Shown: positions 24,517-37,457, counted from the stretch's first letter. The stretch: DNA of 54,637 nt from Octopus sinensis (GCF_006345805.1 NW_021833781.1:1-54637), one strand, 5' to 3'. The notes: a model not told the origin generated them from the letters alone. A program made the numbers and translations.

Positions 24517-24885
24517 GTGGAGGCGCAATGGCCCAGTGGTTAGGGCAGCGGACTCGCGGTCGTAGGATCGCGGTTTCGATTCCCAGACCGAGCGAAAACA
24601 CCTAAAAGCTCCACGATGCTCCGGCAGGGGATGGTGGTGATCCCTGCTGTACTTTTTCACCACAACTTTCTCTCACCCTTACTTCCTGTTTCTGTTGTAC
24701 CTGTATTTCAAAGGGCCGGCCTTGTCACTCTCTGTGTCACGCTGAATATCCCCGAGAACTACGTTAAGGGTACACCTGTCTGTGGAGTGCTCAGCCACTT
24801 ACACGTTAATTTCACGAGCAGGCTGTTCCGTTGATTCGGATCAACCGGAACCCTCATCGTCGTAGCCGACGGAGTGCTTCCATCA
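24517..24885 (+). mobile_element. SINE family C
   Basis: 12-bp TSD tgtcttgtccaa at 24505-24516 and 24886-24897. Confidence 0.9.
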
Positions 24886-24904
24886 TGTCTTGTCCAAAAT
24901 AAAG

Positions 24905-25120
24905 GCAGCGATCTGGCAGAATTTTTAGCACGCCGGACAAACTAATTAGCGTCATTTCTTCCGGCTTCTCGTTCTGAGTTCAAATTCTGCCGAGATCGAC
25001 TTTGCATCTCATCCTTTCTCGGACGACAAAGAAAGTACCAGTTGTGCACTGGGGTCGCTGTAATCGACTAAGCCTCCTCTCTCACCAAAACGTTTAGGCC
25101 TTGTGCCAATAGTAGAACGA
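24905..25120 (+). mobile_element. Degenerate SINE family B2
   Basis: Head and gagttcaaattc B-box, tail ggccttgtgcc. Confidence 0.7.
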
Positions 25121-25444
25121 ATTCTAAGCTACTCTGTACCACAATTGTAACATAACTGTGAAGTGAGAAACGTGGCCCTTAAAGACTTGGAATTTTCATC
25201 AATCGCCAATATTTTGTCACTTCAATAAAAGTATTTTATTCAGCAGATAACCACAGTTCCCATCCCACTTCTTTCATTTCTATTAATTTCTGAAATTTTA
25301 TCCATATCAGAACCTTCATGTTTTATCATGCTAAATAACCCCAGGGATGTTGTTAGACAACGGCACTAGTAATATAAAACTATAAAAAGCAGTGTTTAAT
25401 GTGTTACTAGACTGTCTCAGATAAAAGATTACATATAGTGTATT

Positions 25445-25980
25445 GTTGTGTGGTTAAGAGTCTCGCTTTGCAACCATGAGATTTCGAGTTCAGTTCCACT
25501 ATCAGTACCTCGGGCAAGCGTCTTCTACTATAGCCCACGAACTGACCAATGCCTTTTGAGCGAATTTGGTAGCCGGAAACTATATGGGAACTATGTAAGG
25601 CGGCGAGCTGGCAGAAACGTTAGCACGCCGGGCGAAATGTTTAGCGGTATTTCGTCTGCCGTTACATTCTGAGTTCAAATTCCGCCGAGGTCGACTTTGC
25701 CTTTCATCCTTTCGGGGTCGATAAATTAAGTACCAGTTACGCACTGGGGTCGATGTAATCGACTTAATCGGTTTGTCTGTCCTTGTTTGTCCCCTCCATA
25801 TTTAACCCCTTATTGGCAATAAAGAAATAGGAAACTATGTGGAAGCCCCTCATAGTTATATGAGTGTGTATGTATATCCATGTCTTTGTGTTTGTCTCTC
25901 ACCACCGCTTGACAGCGAGTATTGGTTCGTTTACGTCCTCGTGACCTAGCAGTCCGGCAAAAGACATATAGGTACCAGTC
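25445..25980 (+). mobile_element. Old SINE family A interrupted by a SINE family B (25597-25829)
   Basis: A head/core before and A 3' half after a complete B; ggaaactat(a/g)tgg repeated on both sides. Confidence 0.75.
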
Positions 25981-26075
25981 ATGTGTGCTATGTCAATGCA
26001 CAAGTCGTGTATGCTGAGCGTACTCTGGACATGTTCTGAGTGCGTATATGTTGGATGTGAGCACAGATCATGTGT

Positions 26076-26498
26076 AGACGAAGGAGTGGCTGCGTGGTAA
26101 GTAGCTTGCTTACCAACCACATGGTTCCGGGTTCAGTCCCACTGCGTGGCACCTTGGGCAAGTGTCTTCTACTATAGACTCGGGCAGACCAAAGCCTTGT
26201 GAGTGGATTTGGTAGACGGAAACTGAAAGAAGCCTATCGTATATATGTATATATATATAAGCATGTGTGTGTGTATATGTTTGTATGTCTGTGTTTGTCC
26301 TCCACCTCCCCAGATCGCTTGACAACCGATGCTGGTGCGTTTACGTCCCCGTAACTTAGCGGTTCGGCAAAAGAGACCGATAGAATAAGTACTAGGCTTA
26401 CAAAGAATAAGTCCTGAGGTCGATTTGCTCGACTAAAAGGTGATGCTCCAGCATAGCCACAGTCAAATGACTAAAGCAAGTAAAAGAGTAAAAGAGTA
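26076..26498 (+). mobile_element. SINE family A
   Basis: Complete structure. Confidence 0.85.
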
Positions 26499-26859
26499 AT
26501 CTGTCTTATATTTGTGTGTGTGTGTATGTGTGTATGTGTGTTCGGTGTATGTGTGTGTGTATGTATGTGCTGGGTGTGTGCACGGGTTGTGTGTATGCAT
26601 AGAGTATATTCACTGACTGTGTTAGAATAACGGTTGAGGGACATGAACGAGATTTACTCGTGAGCATCGTTGAAAACGATTCTGAACAAGCTGGCCTTTA
26701 TAAATGGAAATGGCCTGAAGAGATTGTGGATATTGAAGTGTCCAAGTAAGGTTTCACCGAGGAATTGCATCAACGAATGAGGTAAAGGGGTGACTGTTGA
26801 AGTTTGGGAATAAGGTAAACAGGACATGGGAGAGAGGGGGAGTTTGGGAATGTTGAAAG

Positions 26860-27180
26860 TGAGAGGTAGAGAAGGCTGAGAGAGAAAGAGGTAGGGGAGG
26901 CTGAGAGAGGAAGCAGTAGGGGAGGCTGAGAGAGAGAGAGAGAGAGAGAGGTAGGGAGGTTGAGAGAGAAAGAGGTAGGGGAGGCTGAGAGAGAGAGATA
27001 GGTAGGGAGGCTGAGAGAGAAAGAGGCAGGGGAGGCTGAGAGAGAAAGAGGTAGGGGAGGCTGAGAGAGAAAGAGGTAGGGGAGGCTGAAAGAGAAAGAG
27101 GTAGGGGAGGCTGAGAGAGAAAGAGGTAGGGGAGGCTGAGAGAGAAAGAGGTAGGGGAGGCTGAGAGAGAGAGAGAGAGT
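26860..27180. repeat. ~25-bp purine-rich minisatellite (gaggtaggggaggctgagagagaaa)n
   Basis: About a dozen tandem units with (GA)n expansions. Confidence 0.9.
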
Positions 27181-28259
27181 GAGGCGATAGAGAGAAAGGA
27201 GATAGAGAGAGAGGGAGACAAGGGAGAGATAAGGAAGAGAGAAAGGAGTGAGGAAGATTGTGGGAGTGGGAGGGGTAGGGAGAGAGGGATAGCTGGAGAT
27301 CATTATTTTTTTTCAAGTGTAAGATCAAATAAATGGATTCTCGTATGTGGAAAGCATATCCGAAATAGATGAGGTTGGCAGATAAGCCAAGGTTGTATAA
27401 TTGCATAAATGCTTAAGACACACACGCTAATGTAAGACTCGTGTATTTATTTATATGAGGTGGTGACCAGACATGAAATCGATGGGAAAATATTGAACGT
27501 CGAACAGGGTGGTAGCATAAAATGGTAGACAGTGCAACTCTAGGTTAACACTTGACATTGCTATGACGTTATGCTTCAACACAAGCTAAACACATTTCGA
27601 TACAAAACTTGAACTCCACCAAATTGTAAAGCCAGTCAGTAGGAAAAAAAAAAAACTTTAGATAAAGTCTAATTAATAACCTGATTTACTCGTTTCTGTC
27701 TTACTTAAATATCACACCTGAAGATTAAGCTCTGTGTGTGTGTATGTGTGCGTGCGTGCGTGTGTGTGATCGTCACGATTATAGTCGCAGAGGATTAGAT
27801 CTAATAACTTTGAGCTTATGTAATCTTCTGCGTCGGCTTTTGTTGTTACAGACTTTTTGCGGCCAAAGTAGCAATCATGTATATGACCACCACGTGCAGC
27901 ACAGATGAAGGTTATGAACAAAACCACGGTCAAATGTGCAGTGAACTGGTCCACCCTAAATGAGACAAACACGAGACACAAATTATCTAGTTTCGTATAC
28001 ATATCTGTACGTAAAGATATATAGCAATTTAGTGTTGTCTGGAGCTTAGCTTTCATTAACTAAAATTAAAGTCTTTAATTAAGGAAATTAGATAATGTGA
28101 CAGCTTTAATATATTACAGAAGTGATGAAATTATTCAATTAATTTTTAACCCTTTGCCTGTCCAGAGCATTTTAAAAACTTGTCCTAAATATCTGTGCTT
28201 GTTTTCAGACTTTTAGTTGGTCCTTGCTTCGTACGTTCTGAGTAATATAAAGCCTCTTA

Positions 28260-28530
28260 GGGCAGCGAGCTGGCAGAAACGTTAGCGCGTCGGGCGAAAT
28301 GTTTAGCGGTATTTCGTCTGCCGTTACGTTCTGAGTTCAAATTCCGCCGAGGTCGACTTTGCCTTTCATCCTTTCAGGGTCGATAAATTAAGTACCAGTT
28401 TCGCACTGGGGTCGATGTAATCGACTTAATACCTATGTCTGTCCTTGTTTGTCCCCTCTGTGTTTAGCCCCTTGTGGGTAATAAAGAAATAGGTATTTCG
28501 TCTGCCGTTACGTTCTGGGTTCAAATTCCG
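28260..28530 (+). mobile_element. SINE family B plus start of a second headless unit
   Basis: Tail gaaatagg runs directly into tatttcgtctgccg. Confidence 0.85.
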
Positions 28531-28681
28531 GTTCAAAGGAAAAGGAAAGCTCTCTCGAGTGGGATTGTATTAGGAAAAATGGGCGGTGGCCTTATGCCTG
28601 GTACTGGAGGCTAAAATATGAATGAGAGACAAGTACAGTTTGTTTTGCTATAGAGGAACTACATGGCTATACTGCACTATG

Positions 28682-29050
28682 TAGTGGAGGCGCAATGGCC
28701 CAGTGGTTAGGGCAGCGGACTCGCGGTCGTAGGATCGCGGTTTCAATTCCCAGACCGGGCGTTGTGAGTGTTTATTGAGCGAAAACGCCTAAAGCTCCAC
28801 GTGGTGATCCCTGCTGTACTCTTTCACCACAACTTTCTCTCACTCTTTCTTCCTGTTTCTGCTGTACCTGTATTTCAAAGGGCCGGCCTTGTCACTCTCT
28901 GTGTCACGCTGAATATCCCCGAGAACTACGTTAAGGGTACACGTGTCTGTGGAGTGCTCAGCCACTTACACGTTAATTTCACGAGCAGGCTGTTCCGTTG
29001 GTCGGATCAACCGGAACCCTCATCGTCGTAACCGACGGAGTGCTTCCATC
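28682..29050 (+). mobile_element. SINE family C
   Basis: 12-bp TSD tactgcactatg at 28670-28681 and 29051-29062. Confidence 0.9.
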
Positions 29051-29487
29051 TACTGCACTATGCGAAGGTCGGTGAGAGTAGACGGAAGGGAGATAAAGAC
29101 TTTGTGATGAGATGACAAAGCGTTTAGCCTTTTGGCTGTATGACCTTAAGTTTTTCATGATTGCTGTTTTGATTTTCATTGATTGTAACCATACATAAGT
29201 CTCTTCTGATTGTTAAATGTCACCCATAACTTCAACAATCCGTGTTAAACGAATCACCACTACTCAACAACGCTAGCACTTAATCGTTAATCCACCAAGT
29301 AAAATTATTCCCCCAACAGCCCCACTAGAATTTTTAAGATGGTGAAGTGTAATTTGAGGGTGACTTGGTTAATATTTCTGATAGTTTGACCGACCGCAGA
29401 AATCTTTTCTTGTTATCCATGGAATCAACAATATAGTGTAGAAGTAAATGTTGGACAGAACACAGCAAGCCCTACCACTATTAAGTA

Positions 29488-31546
29488 TTAGGTTGGATAC
29501 AAAATCCTGTCGCATTTTAGACATATTAACTTTGAATGCACTTTGTCAATGCTATATGCAATATAAACTTTTCATTTTTTGTCCTAATGCTTTTCTTGTT
29601 TCTTTCAGATTAATTTGATGCTAAAATGTTTAATATTTCTGCAATCTGAGCCCTCTAGAATGAGTGCTGATCAGACACATATAAGACATTATATGCTGTA
29701 TGAATACAAAAAGGGTTCCTCAGCAAAAAACGCTGCAAGAGATATTGGTTCTGCCTATAAAAATGAAGCTCCAACTGTTCGAACATGCCATCGATTATTT
29801 AAACAATTTCGATCAGGAAACTTTTGCCGCAGTGATTCCCCTCGATCAAATTCCCACGATCTCGAGGTTTTACGGAATATGGTGGAAGAAAATGCCAAGC
29901 AAACTGCACGAGAGTTGGCAGAAGTGTTCAATGCATGTCACAGAACTATTGTAAAGCAACTGCATAAACTGGGAAAAGTGTCTAAACTTGGCTAATGGGT
30001 GCCACATAATCTGACTGCTACACAACTCGATCAGAGGGTTGCCATTTGCGCTTCATTAAAGAGTTACTTGCTAGTGACCCTTTTTGGGGGGATAGAATAA
30101 TAACCAGTGGTGAAACTAGGTGCTTTACAATAATATCTAAAGGAAACCACAATGGTTATCACCCAATGAAAAGGGGCAAGCAACACCCAAAACAGAACTA
30201 CACCCAGAAAATGTTACGCTTTTTCTTTGGTGAGACATGAGGAGTGTCGTCTATCATGAAGTGTTGAACTTCGTCGGTGGAAATTGTGCCACAGGCGGAG
30301 GAGGCTGTGGCCCCTCCCAGTGAAAATAATGAAGAATATGTGGTCTTCTATCTCAAGGGAGAGGCCGTAGAGAACTTTGTGGATAGTTTTGAAGGTCGGG
30401 AACTGGTGGTCCCGACCTGCATAGATAGTCCATACTGACCTCCGCAGGTGGCTGCGGAGGTCATGGAAGAAAGTAAATTTTATGAGGTAATCGATTCCTT
30501 TCTAAGAAAGAGTACAATTATCTCTTCTGGGTCCCCGACATACCGCTGCGGGATTGCCTGAAGGCAGCAAGAGATTTAATCGGGGATGATCGATAAGGGG
30601 CTTAGCGCCTCAATCTAATGTTTTTGTTATTATTTTGAAATCTAATGTTACTGTAAGAGGTTCATTACCTCATTTGTGTTTTTTGTTTTTCAAAATAAAA
30701 GAAAAAAGAACAATGTTTTAGAGAAGGAAAGATCGGCGGGCGTCTTTTGTCTTCTCCCATTAATACCTATTTCTTTACTACCCACAAGGGGCTAAACACA
30801 GAGGGGACAAACAAGGACAGACAAACGGATTAAGTCGCTTACATCGACCCCAGTGCGTAACTGGTACTTATTTAATCGATCCCGAAAGGATGAACGGCAA
30901 AGTCGACCTCGGTGGAATTTGAACTCAGAACGTAACGGCAGACGAAATACGGCTACGCATTTCGCTCGGCGTGCTAACGATTCTGCCAGCTCGTCCCATT
31001 AATACCATCTTTTTCATCACTCATCTCAGTAATGTCCTTGTCCAGCCCGCAAGCTTCTCTCTCTGTGTAATGCTTTTATGGCAAAATCTTGAAATAGTAA
31101 GTGTTGAACACCTGCGAACTCCTGCGAGACAATTAATGCTGGTAAGTTACTGTCACCAACTAGAATCATCGTACCAAAAGTTGCAGAAAAACCGACCAAA
31201 ATTGATTAATCGTAAAGGTGTGTTGCTCCCACACGACAATGCAAGACCGCATATTGTTCGAATTACGCAGAACAAAATTCTCACGCTTAATATGGAAGTT
31301 TTGCCACATTCTCCTTATTCACCCGATCTTAACTCATCGGATTATCATCTTTTCTTATCATTGTAACATTATTTAAATGGAAAACAGTTCACAAATCGAG
31401 AAGAGGTAAACACAGAAATTGAATATTTTTCTTTGTACCGAAACCCGAATATTTTAATGCCCGAAGGATCAACAACTTATCAGCCAGATAGGATTATATA
31501 ATTGAAAATGAGTGAAATTATTATCTTGATTAAATATATCCATTAC
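29488..31546 (+). mobile_element. Degenerate mariner (Hsmar1/cecropia-like) interrupted by an 829-bp insertion
   Basis: Left TIR ttaggttggatacaaaa after TA; HTH region IRHYMLYEYKKG...ARELAEVF, WVPHNL, HDNARPH, PHSPYSPDLNSSDYHLF; stops and frameshifts. Confidence 0.85.
30270..31098. mobile_element. Unclassified insertion with 11-bp TSD, itself containing a SINE B (30768-30993, minus)
   Basis: aagtgttgaac at 30259-30269 and 31099-31109; inner SINE has 13-bp TSD tcccattaatacc at 30755-30767 and 30994-31006. Confidence 0.75.
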
Positions 31547-31575
31547 AACCAAATGCATATACATATATATGTATA

Positions 31576-32086
31576 CTGTAAATCCTCGAGTATAATCCGC
31601 ATTTTTTCCCTAAAATTTAAAGGTCAAAATCCCTAGTGCGTACTATATACGAGGTTAAAAATGAAAAATATATTCTAAGCAATGTCCGAGTCTCGATTTG
31701 CTGTCCGGCAATGTTTATTCAGACGCATTTTGTGAGGTCGGGGGCGAAAATACCTTAAGCTAAGCCTGAAAGCAATGAAGTCATAAAAGAATCATCCATA
31801 ACTTGCAGTAAGCAACATTTATTAAACGTTATTACTGTTATTTCTTTATTTTCTGCAAACAAAATGCACAAAAAAGCTACACATTTGCATTATGTTATAT
31901 ATACAATAATAATAAAGGACGTTACCGTATACATTTTTACAAACCAAGGACGTTATATAGACCTCCTGACTCAAGTTAGAGAAGGAGTGCGTATTATACA
32001 CAAGGTTTAGGTTTTTCAGAGGTACAGCCCCCTAAAAATCCCCTTGGTATTATACTCAAGGGCGGACTATACTCGAGGATTTATAG
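31576..32086. mobile_element. Tc1/mariner-pogo-type MITE, copy 2
   Basis: Same TIRs and body as 23853-24362. Confidence 0.85.
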
Positions 32087-32217
32087 TATGCATATGTACA
32101 TATGTGTGTGCGTGCGTATGTGTGTGACTTTGTGCTTTCTTTGCCCCACCACCCATCTTTTGACGACCAGTGTCAGTTTGTTTACATCTCCGTAACTTAG
32201 TAGTTCGGCATAATATG

Positions 32218-32600
32218 GATGGAAGCACTCCGTCGGTTACGACGACGAGGGTTCCGGTTGATCCGATCAACGGAACAGCCTGCTCGTGAAATTAACGTGT
32301 AAGTGGCTGAGCACTCCACAGACACGTGTACCCATAACGTAGTTCTCGGGGATATTCAGCGTGACACAGAGAGTGACAAGGCCGGCCCTTTGAAATACAG
32401 GTACAACAGAAACAGGAAGTAAGAGTGAGAGAACGTTGTGGTGAAAGAGTACAGCAGGGATCACCACCATCCCTGTCGGAGCCTCGTGAAGCTTTAGGTG
32501 TTTTCGCTCAATAAACACTCACAACGCCCGGTCTGGGAATCGAAACCGCGATCCTCCGACCGCGAGTCCGCTGCCCTAACCACTGGGCCATTGCGCCTCC
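32218..32600 (-). mobile_element. SINE family C
   Basis: Reverse complement of the family C consensus. Confidence 0.9.
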
Positions 32601-33059
32601 TTGGCATAACAGATACCAATAGAATAAATATGTGACTCATCAATGATAACCACTAAGGTCGATTTGTGCGACTAAACTCTTTAGGGCGGTGTCCCTGCAT
32701 GGTTTCAGAGCAATGACTGAAACAAGTAACAGATCGACAAAATAACTAGTATAGCTATGCTGACTGAATAAGTAGCATAGCTCTACTTGAATAAATAGGC
32801 TTAAGAAACAGACTGCATCGTTTGAGCTGAGTCAATACCTTCCGCATGGGTGTATTCATACTGCTCGCGGATTAGTAGCATTAAGCAAGATATATACAAT
32901 TAAATTATATATTATTGTATGATGCGGTATAACTTTGCATGTCACCATAATAAGTTAACAGCATCTTCTAGGAAAATCGTGTTCTTACTAAAGAAGGAAT
33001 TCAATTGAATTAAAGGAATACTTGGAGGGTAATTAATCAATATTATTTAAGGATTTTAG

Positions 33060-35790
33060 GCGGTGGGTTGGCAGAGTCTTTTCTACTCTAGGCACAAGGG
33101 CCGAAAGGATGAAAGGATGAACAGGCAAAGTTGACCTCGACGGGATTTGAACTCAGATCGTAAAGAACCAGAAGAAATATTGGTTTCAAATTTTTTTAGC
33201 ACAGGTCAGCAGTTTTGGAGGAAAGGTTAAGTCGATTACATCAACCCCATTGCTCAACTCGTACTTATTTTATCGACCCTGAAAGGATGTGTAACGTACT
33301 TAGAGTGTGTATCTTCTCTTGTACTTTCGGGGTACAAGAGGCAATCACTAGCCGTTGCTTTAATAATCCAGAATTCTACCAGTCAGAAACAACAAGACGA
33401 AGACGTAAAATATATATATACTACTTTATTCTCTAATGTGGTAACAGTAACAATAAGTGGTTATCTGGTTTCTTTGGTTCTGGGCGCGCAAGGCTGAAAG
33501 TTAATCGATTGTAATATTTACAATGTTCAGCCGCTAAAAACAGAACGGGTTAAAGATGGCGTCCGTCATTATGTTGATGTGGTCTGCAACAATTTGGTGA
33601 AGGCACCAACACTCGCACGCGCAAAATAGAAAATGGACGGTGCGCGCGCGCGCACCGTTATAGGATCACTACAGATGAAAGGCAAAGTCGACTTCGGCTG
33701 AATTTGAACTCAAAACGAATGAAATACAACTAAGCGTTTTGTCCGGCGTGCTAACGATTCTGCCAGCTCGCCGCCTTATCCAGAACAAATATTCTTTTCT
33801 ACTCTAGGCACAAGGCCCGAAATTTTGGGGGAGAGAGACAGTCGATTAGATCGACCCCAGTACGCAACTGGTACTTAATTTATCGACCCCGAAAGGATAA
33901 ACGGCAAAGTCGACCTGGGTGGAATTTGAACTCAGAGTGTGAGGACAGACGAAATCTTTTCTACTCTAGGCACAAGGCCCGAAATTTTGGAGGAGGGAGC
34001 CAGTCGATTAGATCGACCTCAGTACGCAACTGGTACTTAATTTATCGACCCCGAAAGGATAAACGGCAAAGTCGACCTGGGTGGAATTTGAACTCAGAGT
34101 GTGAGGACAGACGAAATCTTTTCTACTCTAGGCACAAGGCCGGGTGAAATGCTTAGCGGCATTTCGCCCGTTGCTACGTTCTGAGTTCAAATTCTGCCGA
34201 GGTCCACTTTGCCTTTCATCCTTTCGGGGTCGATAAAATAAGTATCAGTGAAACATTGGGGTCGGTGTAATCGACTAGTTCCCTCACCCAAAATTTCAGG
34301 TCTTCTGCCTATAGTAGAAAGGACTATTTAAGGATTTTAGGTGGTGGGCTGGCAGAATCGTTAACAAGCCGGGAAAAATGTTTAGCAGCATTTCGCCCGT
34401 TGCTACGTTCTGAGTTCAAATTCTGCCGAGGTCGACTTTGCCTTTCATCCTATCGAGGTCGATAAAAAAAAAATACCAGTTGAATACTGGGGGTCGATGT
34501 AATCTCTTGCCCCAAATTGCAGGATTTGCGCTGAAATTCGAAACGTTTAAACGTTTACTTGCTGGCATTGTGCCAAAATTTAAAACCAATATTATTTCAT
34601 GATTTTATTACGTAGGAAATCCGAAGGACCAGTCTTGGTGATGCAGTAGAAAGTACTACTACCAGCGGAGTAGCTACAGTGTGTCACCCCGGGTAGCACT
34701 TGAGTTTGCTTCCGCCAGGTTCCCAAAACTATACAGACTTATATAGCAGACCCCCAAAGTTCCGCCCCCATAAAACCGCCGCCGAGACCGACCCTTCCCC
34801 TCACCCTCCACCAGCTACCTTCCTGACTATTACTATAGCTTATTGTTTCTAAATGAAACACATGGCCAGAAATCCAGAGGCATTATATCTCCCTACTTTT
34901 TCCCTACTATTTGCCTGGTACTTTACTTTATTGAATCCAGGAGGATGAACAGGCAAAGTTGACCTCGACAGGATTTGAACTCAGATCGTAAAGAACCAGA
35001 AGAAATATTGGTTTCAAATTTTTTTAGCACAGGTCAGCAGTTTTGGAGGAAAGGTTAAGTCGATTACATCAACCCCATTGCTCAACTCGTACTTATTTTA
35101 TCGACCCTGAAAGGATGAAAGGCAAAGTCGACTTCGGCTGAATTTGAACTCAAAACGAATGAAATACAACTAAGCGTTTTGTCCGGCGTGCTAACGATTC
35201 TGCCAGCTCGCCGCCTTATCCAGAACAAATATTCTTTTCTACTCTAGGCACAAGGCCCGAAATTTTGGGGGAGAGAGACAGTCGATTAGATCGACTTCAC
35301 TACGCAACTGGTACTTAATTTATCGACCCCGAAAGGATAAACAGCAAAGTCGACCTAGGCGGAATTTGAACACAGAATGTAAGGACAGACGAAATCTTTT
35401 CTACTCTAGGCACAAGGCCCGAAATTTTGGAGGAGGGAGCCAGTCGATTAGATCGACTTCAGTACGCAACTGGTACTTAATTTATCGACCCCGAAAGGAT
35501 AAACGGCAAAGTCGACTGGGTGTAATTTGAACTCAGAATGTAAGCACAGGCAAAATACCTATTTCTTTACTACCCACAAGGGGTTAAACACAGAGAGGAC
35601 AAACAAGGACAGACAAACGGATTAAGTCGATTATAACGACCCCAGTGCGTAACTGGTACTTATTTAATCGACCCCGAAAGGATGAAAGGCAAAGTCGACC
35701 TCGGCGGAATTTGAACTCAGAACGTAGCGGCAGACGAAATACCGCAAAGCATTTCACCCGGCGTGCTAACGTTTCTGTCAGCTCGCCGCC
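33060..35790. mobile_element. Cluster of SINE family B/B2 monomers and concatemers, partly duplicated
   Basis: More than ten B/B2 units in both orientations; 33114-34117 duplicated at 34942-35558. Confidence 0.85.
33290..33673. mobile_element. Solo LTR (probably Ty3/Gypsy)
   Basis: TGT...ACA termini, 4-bp TSD GATG (33286-33289, 33674-33677); AATAAA on the minus strand; empty site in the duplicate at 35114-35117. Confidence 0.8.
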
Positions 35791-35846
35791 TTATCGAGAA
35801 TAAATATTGCAAGACATTTTCTCTAAAGTTCTAATGTTTTTGCCAG

Positions 35847-35896
<50 letters not shown>

Positions 35897-36011
35897 TTAT
35901 ACTACTACTACTACTACTACCAAATAAAGAGAAAGGGTCAGCAGCCTTCTACGAAACTTCTAACAGAACAACGTATCCGAGAGAGAAGAAGAGAGAGAGA
36001 GAGAGAGTAAG

Positions 36012-36046
<35 letters not shown>

Positions 36047-36065
36047 TAAGAGAGAGAGAGAGAAG

Positions 36066-36116
<51 letters not shown>

Positions 36117-36713
36117 TAAGAGACAGACAGTTAGGCAGAGCCGTACTTCACTTGTACTATTTAATGACCCCGAAAGAATGAAAGGCAAAATTGACCTCAG
36201 CAGGATTCGAATTCAGAATGTTGTAGCCAGCGTATAATCGCGCATAAGACGTTCCGCTAATTTAATACGTTTCCTTATATTTATTGAAAGATATTTTGTA
36301 GTGATTTTGTAGGGGAAAATGTGTGATTCTGCGCTTATAAATACAATGCGGTGACAATATATTAGAATAACACATGAATCCATAAATTAATAAATAAAAT
36401 ATGTTTATGTTCTATGTCTCAACTTGTTACTTATACTTTGGTCAAGAGAATTGCTATACAGTATGAGAGACTCGTATTTTTTGGCTGTGATGGTTTGTGT
36501 AACCACGATCGGCAACTAGGGTGGCACACCACCGCTATGATTTTGTTGTCATCCACTCATTGCAAATAAGTAATAGGAAGCATTGTTTAATACCGCCTTC
36601 AACTTTCTAGGAGAAATTTCATTTTGATCAGTGGTTCTGTTTTATTCGGATACACCCCCATAGCCACTTGAAGCTTTTAAAAATTCCATTATATTTTCAT
36701 AATTAAAATATTA

Positions 36714-37281
36714 TTGGGTTGTCTGGAAAGTTCATGCCGATTTATAGTAGCTTACCTTTCGACTTATTTTAGAACATGGTTGAGTCCATAAAATAGTATT
36801 TGACTACACCCCCCCATTTAGAGCACAGTTTAAGCTGTCTTTTCGTGGAAGAAGGTTTATGTTCCTATAACCTGTGTTAATTTTGTAACCCTTTAAAATG
36901 GAAGATAAGAAAGTTCATTTTCAGCACTTGATACTTTGGGAACCAGACAAAAATTGCTGCAGCTCAACTGGGATGTGTTACCCCACCATCCATATTCACC
37001 AGATATTGCTCCTTTAGATTTCCACTTATTCAGGTCTCTGCAGAATAGTTTTAATGGTAAAAATTTCAATTCCTTGGATGATGTAAAAAGATACTTTGAT
37101 GAAATGTTTGCTATGAAACCACCTCAATTCTGGGAAGAGGGTATTTTCAAGTTAAAGGAAAGATGGAGACACATTGTGCAACAAAATGGTTCATATTTGG
37201 TTGATTAAAAATGTAATGTTAAGTATTTATCGACCTTTTTCTTTCCTTTAAAAATCGGCATGAACTTTCCGGACAACCCAA
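36714..37281 (+). mobile_element. Internally deleted mariner
   Basis: ~30-bp TIRs ttgggttgtctggaaagttcatgccgattt / aaatcggcatgaactttccggacaacccaa, TA flanks; N-terminal MEDKKVHF (36898) fused to C-terminal HHPYSPDIAPLDFHLF...RW...VQQNGSY. Confidence 0.9.
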
Positions 37282-37426
37282 TACTTTCAGTTTTCTTTTT
37301 GTTTTTCTCTATTATATATCACTATATACATATATCTACATGTGTATATGTATGTCTATTTTATATATCAAGTTCAATCGTGTTTATTTGTATCTCTCCC
37401 CACCTCTCTCTTTGTCTGTCTTTCTG

Positions 37427-37457
<31 letters not shown>

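Noticed and set aside
26654-27406. Long Ser/Leu/Pro-rich minus-strand ORFs
   Set aside because: Produced by the 25-bp minisatellite.
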